Positions 38,118-47,434 of a stretch of DNA of 64,000 nucleotides are shown here, piece by piece. Each line of letters begins with the position of its first letter. Positions within the stretch are counted from its first letter, which is position 1. The DNA comes from Promethearchaeati archaeon SRVP18_Atabeyarchaeia-1 (GTDB lineage: Archaea > Asgardarchaeota > Atabeyarchaeia > Atabeyarchaeales > Atabeyarchaeaceae), in assembly GCA_037308085.1 (NCBI GenBank), contig CP147779.1:320001-384000 (forward strand). Direction: 5' to 3'. Below the pieces are notes generated by a model. It saw only the letters and a program-made list of their open reading frames with translations, did not search any database and was not told where the DNA came from. Position numbers and translations under genes: made by a program.

Positions 38118-38666
38118 ATGTCGGCCATAGAATTCGGATCGATCTCAGTAGATGAGAGAGCAACTATAATGGAGAGCATTGATACCCTCCTGGGCAAAGA
38201 TGTAGCTTCGAACGTCATTGGTCGGCTCGAGATCGTAGTCGCCCGAGGTAAGCGAACCGAGCTCTTCCTTGTGCCCGCGGAAGTTATGAATGTCTTCAAG
38301 AGAACGCGGAACAGACGTAATCCCTACTGCCTGGGCATCTATCTCGGGGATCTCAAGAATGATGATCTATTGCTAAGCATTGAAGGAATCACATTATGTT
38401 CACCTTACACCGAGAAGAAGGTCAAAGTCTCAGACAAAGGCGAACAATCTGTCCTATATGGAAGGGACATCTCGCGTGCCCTAGTTGATGATTACCCCAG
38501 TTCTATCACGAAAGGAGATAGAGTTGTAGTGGTCAACAGGCTTGGGGAGCCATTGGCTCTTGGGAAGGCGCTCATAGATGGCGATAAGTTCAGGAATAGT
38601 GACGTGAGCCTCTGCGTGTTAGAGAATATTCTTGATAGAGGTTGGTATCTCAGAAAAGGCAAGTAA
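38118..38666 (+). CDS. Nip7-like PUA-domain ribosome biogenesis protein
   Basis: EQSVLYGRD...D.GWYLR. Confidence 0.8.
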   Translation: MSAIEFGSISVDERATIMESIDTLLGKDVASNVIGRLEIVVARGKRTELFLVPAEVMNVFKRTRNRRNPYCLGIYLGDLKNDDLLLSIEGITLCSPYTEKKVKVSDKGEQSVLYGRDISRALVDDYPSSITKGDRVVVVNRLGEPLALGKALIDGDKFRNSDVSLCVLENILDRGWYLRKGK

Positions 38667-38723
38667 TGGGGGTCTCAACGAGGCTTCCTCCTTGTTCCCC
38701 AGAAGACTAAGTGAGAGGTTTGC

Positions 38724-39560
38724 GTGACACTACATTTAAATTCAAGTAGGGTGACGAGTGTTCTCCACCTAATCAGCACATGCTTCAAAGACTTGGTGAT
38801 CAGGCTCTTGGTAAAGCAACAGACTGACTCTGGAAGCGAATCTGCAGCAGAGCGGAACGACGCCATAAAGGTAGGCGACTTTTTGCTTGTCGATTACATT
38901 GGGAGAGTCAAGGACACTGGAAACCTCTTCGACTTGACTGTTGAAGAAGTTGCTAAGAAAGAGAAGGTATACCGCGAGGACGAAGCTTACGGACCTAGGC
39001 TCATAGTAATCGGCGAGGGGCTAATGCTCAAAGGCTTTGACGACGCGGTAACTTCGATGAAAGTCGGTGAAAGCAAGACGATCGAGTTACCACCCGAAAA
39101 GGCATTCGGTCTAAGAGATTCGAGCAAGGTAAAGGTTTACCCAGTTTCGGCTTTCAAAAAGAGTGACGTCAGACCGTATGTGGGTGCAAGAGTCACAGTC
39201 GAAGGTAAGACGGGATTTGTTCAAAGCGCTGGGGGTGGCAGAGTTAGAGTCGACTTCAATCCCGTACTTGCTGGGAAGACACTTGTATATGAAATCACGG
39301 TCAGGAAGAAGATCCTAGACGAAAATGAGAAGCTTAATGAGCTAATCAAGCGCCGAATCAGAGGCGCTGAGACCTCCAAGTTCCAGATGAATAAGGAAGG
39401 CGAAATCGTTTCAGTTATCATGCCCAAGGAGACATATCTCGTTGATGGAGTTCAACTAGCCAAAACTATGATCGGTAGAGACATATTGAAGAACATTGAA
39501 GGCGTGAATTCGGTCAGATTCATTGAGGTTTTTGACAAGGAGACATTCAAGCTCAAGTAG
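38724..39560 (+). CDS. FKBP-type peptidyl-prolyl isomerase (long archaeal SlyD-like; start likely ~38808)
   Basis: GDF..VDY.GR, PPEKAFG.RD, VDFN..LAGK.L. Confidence 0.9.
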   Translation: MTLHLNSSRVTSVLHLISTCFKDLVIRLLVKQQTDSGSESAAERNDAIKVGDFLLVDYIGRVKDTGNLFDLTVEEVAKKEKVYREDEAYGPRLIVIGEGLMLKGFDDAVTSMKVGESKTIELPPEKAFGLRDSSKVKVYPVSAFKKSDVRPYVGARVTVEGKTGFVQSAGGGRVRVDFNPVLAGKTLVYEITVRKKILDENEKLNELIKRRIRGAETSKFQMNKEGEIVSVIMPKETYLVDGVQLAKTMIGRDILKNIEGVNSVRFIEVFDKETFKLK

Positions 39561-40002
39561 CTGTAACTCTTCTCAGTTTACATAGGGTGAGTTGCTCATT
39601 ATTCTCACACTTACCTGACAGCCTCTCAACAACCTCTTCGATCCTACATTTGTCGCCCTCATGGAGCCCGAGCGGGTTGCAGTCTTTTGCCTTGTCGCAT
39701 TCAAGGTGAGCGCATTTCTTCGGCTTGTAGGTTATTGAGGAGCCAGGAAAACATGACCTCGAATCCAGTAGAGCCAAGATCGGCGCTTCCTTCACCTCGA
39801 CCAGCGTAACTCCTCCTTCATGAAGGTCACATTGATGAACAATGCCCCTCGACTTTGTCACTTCGTAGACTCTGCCCGGTTCGAGTTTCTGGCATACCTT
39901 GATGAGTTTGCACTCCATGCAGTTTTCGACAACCCCACAGTGCAAGAAGATCGATCCGGTCTTAGCTTGTTTTGTTCCTACCAATGTCAATATTGTGGAC
40001 AT
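39553..40002 (-). CDS. UPF0179 family protein
   Basis: TLVG..QAK.G..F...G...C.EC.L...C..LE.GR.Y, C..HE.GV..VEV. Confidence 0.8.
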   Translation of the reverse strand: MSTILTLVGTKQAKTGSIFLHCGVVENCMECKLIKVCQKLEPGRVYEVTKSRGIVHQCDLHEGGVTLVEVKEAPILALLDSRSCFPGSSITYKPKKCAHLECDKAKDCNPLGLHEGDKCRIEEVVERLSGKCENNEQLTLCKLRRVTAT

Positions 40003-40086
40003 CTGGGGATCGTCTCCAAACTAGATTCTTCTGTTCGACGCCAATCGCGGAGAAACAGTTGCAGGTTCGGGCTCATTGCCCATCTT

Positions 40087-41139
40087 TCAGATCACGCCAG
40101 TGTGCTCTGCAAGTCTCCTGGCCGCCTCTTTGCTCAACCCCTTTTCGCCTAGGATTGTGTATCGCTCAGGTCTTGTCGTGTGAGCTATGTGCAGAGCCTC
40201 GATTACTACTTCGTCGTCGATTCCGAGTTCAGCGGCGGTTGTTGGCGCTCCTATGGTTTTGAGTGCCTGTCTTATCTTCATCCAGTCTCCGTCATGTAAG
40301 TGCTCCATCATAATCGTCCCGACACCGCATTGCGCGCCGTGGAGCGCCGGCTTCGGTGCTATTCGATCCAGTGCATGGCTAAACATGTGTTCCGACCCGC
40401 TAGCGGGTCTACTGCTGCCAGCTATGCACATCGATATTCCGCTTGAGATCAATGCCTCTAAGAGTAGCCTGAGAGCTGATTCAGTCCTCCCCTTGATCAA
40501 AAGAGTGTTTCTCATGACGACCGCGGCGCTTAGTTTTGCGATTGAAGCGGCATACTCCCCATAGTATTCGTTATGAAGCTTGTAGGAGAGCTTCCAGTCT
40601 TTGACAGCAGTCCAGTTGGCAATCGCGTCTCCACATCCAGCAACCAGTAGCTCGTCAGGGGCATGCATTATCACGTCGGTGTCTGCGATCACCGCCATCG
40701 GCGCTTGCGCTTTCACGGAATGAGGCTCGTCGATTCCTCTGACTGATGCTTGAGGCGATGCAATGCCGTCATGAGATGCGGTGGTCGGGATACTCACGAA
40801 CGGTATGTGCTCATTGAATGAAGACAGCTTAGCTATGTCTATGCTTCTTCCTCCGCCTACACCGAGAGCTACCGTTGCCCCCAATTCACGAATCTTCGTC
40901 TGAGCCTTGTCCACATTAGCGAGATCAGCCGCCTCAATTATGAAGACACTTACCTCATAGCCTTCATCATTAAGGGAATCTCCAACACTTCCTCCAGCGA
41001 CTTTCACGGTCGTCTTGTCAGCCACCAACAACGCCGGACCACTCAAGCCAAGCTCTTTGCAGAGCTTTCCCGCTGAAACCAGTACATTCTGGCCAATCAC
41101 TATGTGTCTCGGCAATTGTATTTGGTGAAAAGGAAGCAT
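40087..41139 (-). CDS. egsA: sn-glycerol-1-phosphate dehydrogenase
   Basis: GGGRSIDIAK, PTTASHDG, SRPASGSEH.FSH, HG.QCG. Confidence 0.95.
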   Translation of the reverse strand: MLPFHQIQLPRHIVIGQNVLVSAGKLCKELGLSGPALLVADKTTVKVAGGSVGDSLNDEGYEVSVFIIEAADLANVDKAQTKIRELGATVALGVGGGRSIDIAKLSSFNEHIPFVSIPTTASHDGIASPQASVRGIDEPHSVKAQAPMAVIADTDVIMHAPDELLVAGCGDAIANWTAVKDWKLSYKLHNEYYGEYAASIAKLSAAVVMRNTLLIKGRTESALRLLLEALISSGISMCIAGSSRPASGSEHMFSHALDRIAPKPALHGAQCGVGTIMMEHLHDGDWMKIRQALKTIGAPTTAAELGIDDEVVIEALHIAHTTRPERYTILGEKGLSKEAARRLAEHTGVI

Positions 41140-41396
41140 TCTCTGCCTTATCCTCCCTTACGGCGCCGACCTTGAAACTAAGATATGGTATTAGGCGTTG
41201 ATCCATCTATTAAGTAGTTCTATTTGACATCCTGTGCCACCATTCAACGACCGAATCACGCGACGAATTCGGTGCGAGAGAAAGCGAACTTCACTTCCTC
41301 TGCACGAAATACTTAAATATCGGTTATCTTTCATCTCAAAACATCTTCTGTATATTCTGCGTACTTCTACTTCACAAACTTTTCTCTCGTTTTGGA

Positions 41397-42089
41397 GTGT
41401 GTCAGGTGTTGACGTGGAGGAACACTAGGGACAACATACCAGATAACACGTTGAAAGGAACCACAACTGTTGCCCTAACATGCAAGGACGGCGTTGTTCT
41501 CGCAACCGACAGAAGGGCAACCATGGGATACTATGTTGCTTCCAAAACCGCTAGGAAACTCTTCAGAATAGATGAGCACCTCGCTGCCACCATCGCCGGG
41601 TCGGTTGCTGACGCGCAGAGGGTTATGGACTCTTTGCAGGCAGAGACCAATATCTTCAAAGTCAGAGTGGGTGTTCCTATGCGGGTCAAAGCGGCCGCCA
41701 ATCTTCTATCATCTATTCTTTTTGAGGCAAGACTCTTTCCGTATTTGATGGAGGCTGTCGTTGGAGGAATTGATGAAACTGGGCCTCAGCTGTATGCACT
41801 CGATCCCGTAGGCAGCTTGACTACCGAGAAATTCGTTGCAACCGGCAGTGGGGGTCCAATAGCCTATGGATTGCTGGAGGATTCGTATTCTGAAGATCTC
41901 ACCGTGAAAGATGGGATACCGTTAGTCATCAGGGCCATAAGATCGTCGATGGAGAGAGATGCTGCTTCGGGAAATGGATTCGACGTAGCGTACATCACGA
42001 AGTCAACTTATCATGAACTCTCCGAGAGCGAGATCCGGAAAGTCTCTGAAGAGCTCAATGCAAAAAAGAAGAAGGCTCACTCATCCTAG
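41397..42089 (+). CDS. psmB: Proteasome beta subunit
   Basis: KG/TTTV propeptide cleavage site, GSVADAQ, ATGSG, RDAASG. Confidence 0.95.
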   Translation: MCQVLTWRNTRDNIPDNTLKGTTTVALTCKDGVVLATDRRATMGYYVASKTARKLFRIDEHLAATIAGSVADAQRVMDSLQAETNIFKVRVGVPMRVKAAANLLSSILFEARLFPYLMEAVVGGIDETGPQLYALDPVGSLTTEKFVATGSGGPIAYGLLEDSYSEDLTVKDGIPLVIRAIRSSMERDAASGNGFDVAYITKSTYHELSESEIRKVSEELNAKKKKAHSS

Positions 42090-42152
42090 GGTTTTTTTCG
42101 AAGATGAGTAGTCTAAGCAGAGAACCACGTACTAGGTCGTCAGAAGGAATGA

Positions 42153-44063
42153 ATGATGCAAACAGATGATGCGTTAAATGACATTAGGCAAACGATAGTC
42201 CAAGGACTACCAACGTCGTCTATGGTCACCAGTGTCGAATTTGAAGGACCAGAGATCGCTGTGTACTCCAAGAACCCGAAAGTCCTGCTTGAGGACGGTG
42301 GATTCGTCAAAGAGCTTGCAAAGAAGCTGAGGAAAAGAATAGTTCTGCGTTTCGATCCCAATGTTCGCACGAAGAAAGAGGATTCAGAGAAGAAGATCAG
42401 AGAGATTGTTCCAACTGAGGCGGAGATAACCAAGATATATTTTGACGAGAATGTCGGAGAAGTGGTAATAGAAGCGAAGAAGCCCGGACTTGTCATCGGT
42501 CGAAACGGCAACACGCTGGGAGAGATAACGAGGCTAACTTACTGGAGACCCTCAGTAGTTAGAACTCCACCTCTTGAATCGAGAACCGTGATGCAGATCT
42601 CGAATATCATGCAGAAGGAGAGCGAAAAACGAAAACAGATATTGAGAGAGGTCGGACAGAGGATCTACCGAATACCCGTCTTCAAGAACGACTGGATACG
42701 AATAATAGCGCTAGGTGGATTCAAAGAAGTGGGGAGAACCGCTATTCTTGTTCAGACGCAGGAGAGCTCCGTGCTGGTTGATTGTGGGGTGAACGTGGGA
42801 AGTTCAGAAAACGCGTTCCCAAAGTTATCCGTAAACGAGTTTAATGTAAACGAACTTGACGCCGTCATAATAACTCACGCTCATATCGATCACTCAGGTT
42901 ACCTGCCTTTCCTGTACAAGTATGGGTACAGGGGACCTGTCTACTGCACGAAAGCCACCAAGAATCTAATGACACTTCTTCAACTGGACTACTTGGATGT
43001 CGCAGAAAAAGAAGGGAAACTCCTGCCCTACAGTCCAAAGGATGTAAAGGAGACCGTCTTGCACACCATTACGCTGGATTACGGGGAAGTAACCGATATT
43101 TCGCCGGACATAAGACTCACGCTTCACAATGCGGGACATATTCTTGGTAGCGCCATGGCCCATCTCCATATAGGAGATGGCTTGTATAACATGGCATACA
43201 CGGGCGACTTCAAGTTCGCCAGAACACGATTGCTTGAACCAGCTAACGTCAACTTCCCGAGACTCGAGACTCTAATCATGGAATCCACTTACGGTGGACA
43301 GAACGATATAATGCCGCCAAGAAACAGGACGGAGGAACAACTCGCAAGGATCATCAGAGAGACTATTGGCAGACGCGGAAGAGTATTGCTTCCTGTGCTA
43401 GCAGTAGGGAGGGCACAGGAACTCATGATCGTCTTGGAAGAACTAATCCGTAGAAGGATCATAGATGAGGTCCCGATATACGTTGATGGAATGACCTCAG
43501 AAGCTACGGCTATACACACAACCCACCCAGAGCTATTAGCCCAAGATCTGAGAGAAAGGATTTTTCACCAGGGCCGCAACCCGTTTCTGGCAGAGTACTT
43601 TGTCAAGGTTGAAAGCGGCGTCGCCAGGCCCGAGATAGCTACAGGAGAACCATGCATCATAATAGCAGCATCGGGCATGTTGACTGGGGGTCCAAGTGTG
43701 GAGTACTTCAGGCTAATGGCAAGCGATGAGAAGAACTGTATGATATTCGTGAGTTACCAAGTTGAAGGAACTCTGGGCCGGAGAGTTCAGAAAGGATGGC
43801 ATGAGATTCCTCTTCCACTCAGGGATGGAAGAACTGAAGTAGTCAAGGTCAACATGAGGGTTGAGACAGTCGAGGGTTTCTCGGGGCACTCAGATCGCAA
43901 GCAGCTTCTTGCCTATGTCCGTCAGGTAACACCAAGACCTGAGAGGATAATCCTATGCCACGGAGAGAGCAGCAAATGCTCAAACTTGGCTTCGGCAATA
44001 CATAATCAGTCGAGAATAGAAACCAAGGTTCCTCAGAACCTTGAGGCAATACGACTAAGATAG
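42153..44063 (+). CDS. fttA: aCPSF1/FttA KH-beta-CASP ribonuclease
   Basis: EFEGP, KH domains, THAHIDH, AGHILG, FSGHSD. Confidence 0.95.
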   Translation: MMQTDDALNDIRQTIVQGLPTSSMVTSVEFEGPEIAVYSKNPKVLLEDGGFVKELAKKLRKRIVLRFDPNVRTKKEDSEKKIREIVPTEAEITKIYFDENVGEVVIEAKKPGLVIGRNGNTLGEITRLTYWRPSVVRTPPLESRTVMQISNIMQKESEKRKQILREVGQRIYRIPVFKNDWIRIIALGGFKEVGRTAILVQTQESSVLVDCGVNVGSSENAFPKLSVNEFNVNELDAVIITHAHIDHSGYLPFLYKYGYRGPVYCTKATKNLMTLLQLDYLDVAEKEGKLLPYSPKDVKETVLHTITLDYGEVTDISPDIRLTLHNAGHILGSAMAHLHIGDGLYNMAYTGDFKFARTRLLEPANVNFPRLETLIMESTYGGQNDIMPPRNRTEEQLARIIRETIGRRGRVLLPVLAVGRAQELMIVLEELIRRRIIDEVPIYVDGMTSEATAIHTTHPELLAQDLRERIFHQGRNPFLAEYFVKVESGVARPEIATGEPCIIIAASGMLTGGPSVEYFRLMASDEKNCMIFVSYQVEGTLGRRVQKGWHEIPLPLRDGRTEVVKVNMRVETVEGFSGHSDRKQLLAYVRQVTPRPERIILCHGESSKCSNLASAIHNQSRIETKVPQNLEAIRLR

Positions 44064-44087
44064 GAAGCCAGTCAAACCCGAAATTCG

Positions 44088-44510
44088 TTAGGGTTGCGAT
44101 GTACTCTTTTTATAGATTTTGACGAAAGGCGGTGTTACCACAATATAGTCTTGCCCCAGCTGTGCAATATCGCCACCGATAGTTCTACATACACCCCTCA
44201 GCTGGTCGACAACTCTTCTAAGTTCCCGATTCTGCCCGTACTGCATTCTACCGATATACGCAATCACTATATTGCCCCTCTCCAGCTCGCCCGAAACCTG
44301 CTGGATATTCGACAGGCTTTCAAGATCGACTGACTTGATGTAAATCACATCGGATTCATCTTGATTCACTAGGTCCTTACCCGTCTCGTCTTCTTCGAGC
44401 ACACCAACCTTCTTCTTCAACTCCTCGAGGTCGGTCAACTCCGAGTCTGCCGTGCTCTTCTCACCGTTCTTTTCTTCTCTTCTGCCTCTTAGAAAACGAG
44501 GTAAGGGCAC
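44088..44510 (-). CDS. sepF: SepF (DUF552)-like protein
   Basis: GNIVI...LRRVVDQL....GGDIAQLG...IVVTP. Confidence 0.8.
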   Translation of the reverse strand: MPLPRFLRGRREEKNGEKSTADSELTDLEELKKKVGVLEEDETGKDLVNQDESDVIYIKSVDLESLSNIQQVSGELERGNIVIAYIGRMQYGQNRELRRVVDQLRGVCRTIGGDIAQLGQDYIVVTPPFVKIYKKSTSQP

Positions 44511-44591
44511 TAGTAGCCTAACCCCCACGTTCCACTGTGTTTGACCTATGGTCATGCAGCTATTATAACCTTTTCATAAGCAGGCAGCAGG

Positions 44592-45107
44592 TCACGAATT
44601 CTGCGAGACACGATTCTCCAGACTCTTTGAGAAGTCCCAGATGCTATCCCCTACATAATGCACGTTGATGACAACCTTGCCCTGGCTCATCTCCTCCATG
44701 GTCTTTGCATCAACCAGGCTCACGCCTATGCAGATCGGCTTCAGGTTCTTCTCATCAGATACAATGATTACTTGTTTCGACCTTATCGCCGGATCTATGC
44801 CTCGAATGCCACCCCTAAAAACATCGGCCCCATTGCAGATATGAGGCACAGCCTTCATGTCTACGGTTACTCGAGGCAATTGAAGAGCGGATCTTAATAC
44901 GGACACTAGAAGTGGAAACATCTTTCCGTCCTCGCCCACATAGAAAGTGGGTTGACCATCCACTGCGAAGACTTCTCCCTTCTTCGATGAGAAGCCCTCG
45001 ACACGGCAACCGCGTGGAAGCAGGGAATCGCCCAGACCTATTGCACTATCAATTCTGGTTCGCAGATCCTTGATGTCATCTTTCCTGAGAAATCTGCCCA
45101 AGAGCAA
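44592..45107 (-). CDS. PUA-domain RNA-binding protein (MCT-1/Tma20-like)
   Basis: VDMKAVPHICNGADV..GI...G..L......GK...HYVGD.IW. Confidence 0.85.
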   Translation of the reverse strand: MLLGRFLRKDDIKDLRTRIDSAIGLGDSLLPRGCRVEGFSSKKGEVFAVDGQPTFYVGEDGKMFPLLVSVLRSALQLPRVTVDMKAVPHICNGADVFRGGIRGIDPAIRSKQVIIVSDEKNLKPICIGVSLVDAKTMEEMSQGKVVINVHYVGDSIWDFSKSLENRVSQNS

Positions 45108-45387
45108 TCAACTCCATCCCTCTCAAGGGAATCGCCGAAGAACACGGGGAGAGACGAGGAAATAAAGTTTCCATAACACCCTCGCTTGACTTCGGAGACC
45201 CGCATTCTCAGAGAATCGAGCCCTAAAAAGACGATCGTTGGGTGTGCTTCAGCTTGCATCGTTGCTCGAGAGTGCTCACCTCATCGCTCCGCGAATTCGC
45301 AGGATTTCAAAAGGTTTAAATAGTTTGCACATAGCTACTCATGTTGCAACCATAGTTAGTTCCAGCAAAGGTGCGTGCTTAGAGAAT

Positions 45388-45618
45388 ATGAATCAACAGA
45401 GACCACCTGACCTTCTCCAGAGATCACTCGACTCCAATGTCCTAGTTAAGCTGAAGGGTGGCCGTGAAATCCGGGGAAAGCTTCGCGGTTTTGACATGCA
45501 TATGAATCTTGTTTTGGAAGAAGCCGAAGAGATAGTGGATGACAACAACTCAAAGAAGCTCGGAGCGATCGTTGTGAGGGGAGATAACGTGATCATGATA
45601 AGCCCGCCTCCAAGGTGA
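45388..45618 (+). CDS. Sm/Lsm protein (SmAP1)
   Basis: [24 protein letters not shown]...RGDNV. Confidence 0.95.
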   Translation: MNQQRPPDLLQRSLDSNVLVKLKGGREIRGKLRGFDMHMNLVLEEAEEIVDDNNSKKLGAIVVRGDNVIMISPPPR

Positions 45619-45624
45619 CTTTGA

Positions 45625-45810
45625 ATGACAAAAGGTACACCAAGCTTCGGCAAGATGAATCAGAAGGAGCACATAAGATGCCGAAGGTGCGGCCGTAGGG
45701 CCTACCATGTTCGCAAGAAGCGATGTGCTGCATGCGGATACGGCAGATCTAGCAAACTCAGAAGGTACACCTGGCAGACAAAAACCTTGAACAAAGAGAG
45801 ACTCAGATGA
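45625..45810 (+). CDS. rpl37e: Ribosomal protein L37e
   Basis: [16 protein letters not shown]...C..CGYG. Confidence 0.96.
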   Translation: MTKGTPSFGKMNQKEHIRCRRCGRRAYHVRKKRCAACGYGRSSKLRRYTWQTKTLNKERLR

Positions 45811-45922
45811 GATCGTGTACGGTTTAGCAGTATTTATTAGGTGTACAAGATCACAAAGCCAGTGCACACCTCAGAAGAACATTGGACTCTGACGATTGGA
45901 ACCAGAGCAGCAGAATTCTTGT

Positions 45923-46061
45923 GGGCCGGTAGTTTAGTTTGGAAGAATGCCACGTTGGCATCGTGGAGATCCTCCTTCCGAAAAACAGAAGGAGACCACA
46001 AGTCGCGAGTTCAAATCCCGCTTGCAGTCGCTGGCGAGGGAAATTCTCGCCCGGTCCACCA
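45923..46061 (+). tRNA. tRNA-Ala(GGC) with 2 introns (45/46: 45969-46001; 59/60: 46016-46044), CCA encoded
   Basis: GGGCCGG...CCACG TTGGCAT CGTGG AG|GTC GCGAG TTCAAA|T CTCGC CCGGTCC ACCA. Confidence 0.9.
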
Positions 46062-46153
46062 CTATTATTCTGTGCAGTATGACCGCATTCTAAGCTAGTT
46101 TAAGGCTTCACCGAAAACGAGAAGCTGGCAAAATGCCTTTCTCAGGCATTGTA

Positions 46154-46350
46154 TGGTGGGCGAGGCCGGATTTGAACCGGCGATTCGGCGCTAAAGGTAT
46201 ACCCGTTTAGCTCCACCGCCGTGTCTACCCAGAGAGTATTTAGATGGCAGTCACGTTGCTGTCTCAGTGCCCAGTTACTCTCCTCAGGGCGGTATCATGA
46301 CCATCCAGAGGTCATCACAGCAGGTGAAGCCTAATCTAGACCACCCGCCC
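46154..46350 (-). tRNA. tRNA-Val(GAC) with 3 introns (D-loop: 46303-46333; 34/35: 46225-46284; 46/47: 46184-46212), CCA encoded
   Basis: Spliced: GGGCGGG TG GTCTAGAT|GGTCATGAT A CCGCC CTG|ACAC GGCGG TGG|TC GCCGG TTCAAAT CCGGC CTCGCCC ACCA. Confidence 0.88.
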
Positions 46351-46541
46351 TTCACGAAAACCCCATAGTCATATCCATATATATTGTTTTTTATCTCCGG
46401 ATTTACTTTGCCCCTTATACCTCTTAGAATGGAGTACACCAATTCAACTAGCTTAATGATGAATAATGGAAGCCAGATAGGGGAATGGAGAGGAACCCTT
46501 ATTTAGGTGACTTAAGAGATTGCTTTCGTCGTTAGAAGAGT

Positions 46542-47027
46542 ATGGGGCCTATTCTATTGTCGATTGTCTTCACTTGGAGGAAAAGAGCTAACATTGGACT
46601 TGCGCTCATGCTCATCGGATTGACAGGTCTTGTGCAGAGTTACGTCGTTTTTAATGCCCAGACGACACTGGGCATAACGGGCATCTATCTTCTGGCCCTT
46701 GTCCCGATTGGGGTTACTCTAGCGCTAAGTGGGGTTGAGCTGTCAGTGGCCGAGACCATCTACAGATGGTCCTATTCTGGCAAAAGGAAGACTTCCAAAT
46801 GGAAGGAGCCTCAGAGGGGTGGTCTCCGCCTCCTCGCGAATAGGATAGAGACGGCTTCCGTATTATCCGCCATACTGGTTCTGACGTTATCATTCTTGTG
46901 TTATTTCTCTGTTCTAGTTGCGTGCGTGGGAACTAGCATCCCCCTTTTCACTAGGTTTGTGCTAGCTGAAAGCGCGTCTATGATCGCAGCTGTCTTCCTA
47001 GGGATTCTTGGACCCAAAATAATCTAA
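46542..47027 (+). CDS. Hypothetical membrane protein (~4 TM)
   Basis: Four hydrophobic stretches. Confidence 0.65.
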   Translation: MGPILLSIVFTWRKRANIGLALMLIGLTGLVQSYVVFNAQTTLGITGIYLLALVPIGVTLALSGVELSVAETIYRWSYSGKRKTSKWKEPQRGGLRLLANRIETASVLSAILVLTLSFLCYFSVLVACVGTSIPLFTRFVLAESASMIAAVFLGILGPKII

Positions 47028-47104
47028 ATGAAGCACTACGATTTTGGGTTCAATTCCGAAGAAAAACTTAAAAGATGAGCCCTCCGAATATAGGAGTTGC
47101 AGAT

Positions 47105-47276
47105 GCCGCCGTAGCTTAGCCCGGGAGAAATCTTCAGATTCAACCGACAGCGCCGGTCAAGTGGAGAGGATGTCACATCCTCACGTTGGGCGAAACTGAA
47201 GATCCGGTTGTCGCAGGAGGATACTCAGAGAGGGTCGTCTGGTATCCTGCGAGTTCAAATCCCGCCGGCGGCACCA
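47105..47276 (+). tRNA. tRNA-Phe(GAA) with 3 introns (22/23: 47128-47148; 30/31: 47157-47194; 53/54: 47218-47253), CCA encoded
   Basis: Spliced: GCCGCCG TA GCTTAGCCCGGGAG|AGC G CCGG|A CTGAAGA TCCGG TTGTC GCAGG|TTCAAAT CCCGC CGGCGGC ACCA (one A-C mismatch in the T stem). Confidence 0.85.
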
Positions 47277-47434
47277 ATTTATGTGCGATATTTTTAAGAG
47301 TCAGTTCTGTGAACGTTGAATTCCCGCAGAGACACGCGATTGGCGGCGTTGGATCAGTTTTGTCAGACTAATTATGGATTGAGCAGAATGCCTATGGCTT
47401 TTCACGCGGTGCCGGACAGGGTGAAAATGGCAAG

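Noticed and set aside
45841-47371. ORFs 45841-46098 and 47186-47371 (also 36554-36793 and 36829-37053)
   Set aside because: They overlap intron-containing tRNA genes.
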